Assembly: GCA_965243065.1 (NCBI GenBank)
Contig: CBDETO010000005.1
Location: forward strand, 387,323-451,322
Length of the DNA stretch: 64,000 nucleotides
Source of the DNA: Bdellovibrionales bacterium
GTDB taxonomy: Bacteria; Bdellovibrionota; Bdellovibrionia; Bdellovibrionales; UBA1609
Direction: 5' to 3'
Below are positions 63,867-64,000 of the stretch, one piece after another. Position numbers and translations under genes: made by a program. Position 1 is the first letter of the stretch. Each line of letters begins with the position of its first letter. The notes under the pieces were generated by a model, which ran no database searches, had not been told where the DNA came from, and saw only the letters and a program-made list of their open reading frames with translations.

Positions 63867-63926
63867 AGTGTGAGTCTTTTATTTTGGAAAAACATTTCGA
63901 AGATGAATAAATAAGGGAGGGAATTT

Positions 63927-63972
63927 GTCATTCCCGCGAAGCTTGTCCCCGTGGAAACGGGGAGCGGGAATC
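63927..63972. repeat. compound hairpin repeat after the 1157-aa gene
   Basis: GTCATTCCCGCGAAGCTTGTCCCCGTGGAAACGGGGAGCGGGAATC, followed by the start of a PAL arm (CTCTTCAGTAG) at the window edge. Confidence 0.8.
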
Positions 63973-64000
63973 TCATTGCTCTGCTCTTGCTCTTCAGTAG

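Overview
This is a 64-kb chromosomal window from an AT-rich bacterium (by eye mid-30s % GC, not computed). It looks diderm, because it carries an outer-membrane beta-barrel, MurJ and system II cytochrome c biogenesis. I cannot assign a species.

The backbone is ordinary housekeeping:
- an aldehyde dehydrogenase and resB/ccsA;
- a biotin cluster, bioB-bioF-bioD-[diiron ORF]-bioA;
- prs-rplY-pth-ychF;
- zapA, 5-formyl-THF cyclo-ligase, rny, tyrS;
- fdx, acyl-CoA dehydrogenase, erpA, ogt, rpsT, murJ;
- miaA-yicC-gmk-rpoZ.

Accessory DNA is interleaved with it:
- three different IS elements (IS1634-, IS110/IS1111- and IS481-type);
- two type II R-M cassettes, one with a C protein and C-box and flanked by a 110-bp direct duplication;
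- a Fic protein and a hicB / truncated hicA remnant;
- two mosaic paralogues of a coiled-coil + PD-(D/E)XK protein;
- a Cyc2-like fused cytochrome-porin beside a cytochrome c lipoprotein and TlpA;
- a possible caspase-fold secreted protein;
- two very large Cys-rich secreted proteins with PilX/TadG-like N-termini.

The most unusual property is a dense, hierarchically nested population of at least five short repeat families, more than 40 copies by my reading:
- ATTCCC-N8-GGGAAT hairpins;
- a ~115-bp palindromic element, called PAL here;
- IS481-derived MITEs;
- a ~90-120-bp TATACC...GGTATA element, called family C here;
- a 62-bp tandem unit.

These repeats insert into one another and serve as landing pads for the IS elements. 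The IS110-type element sits exactly inside a PAL copy and carries a 402-nt non-coding arm containing target-like sequence, which makes it a candidate guide RNA. The repeats also supply start-proximal or stop-proximal codons to several housekeeping genes.

No rRNA, tRNA or CRISPR array was found. All functional calls rest on motifs read by eye; no database search was possible.
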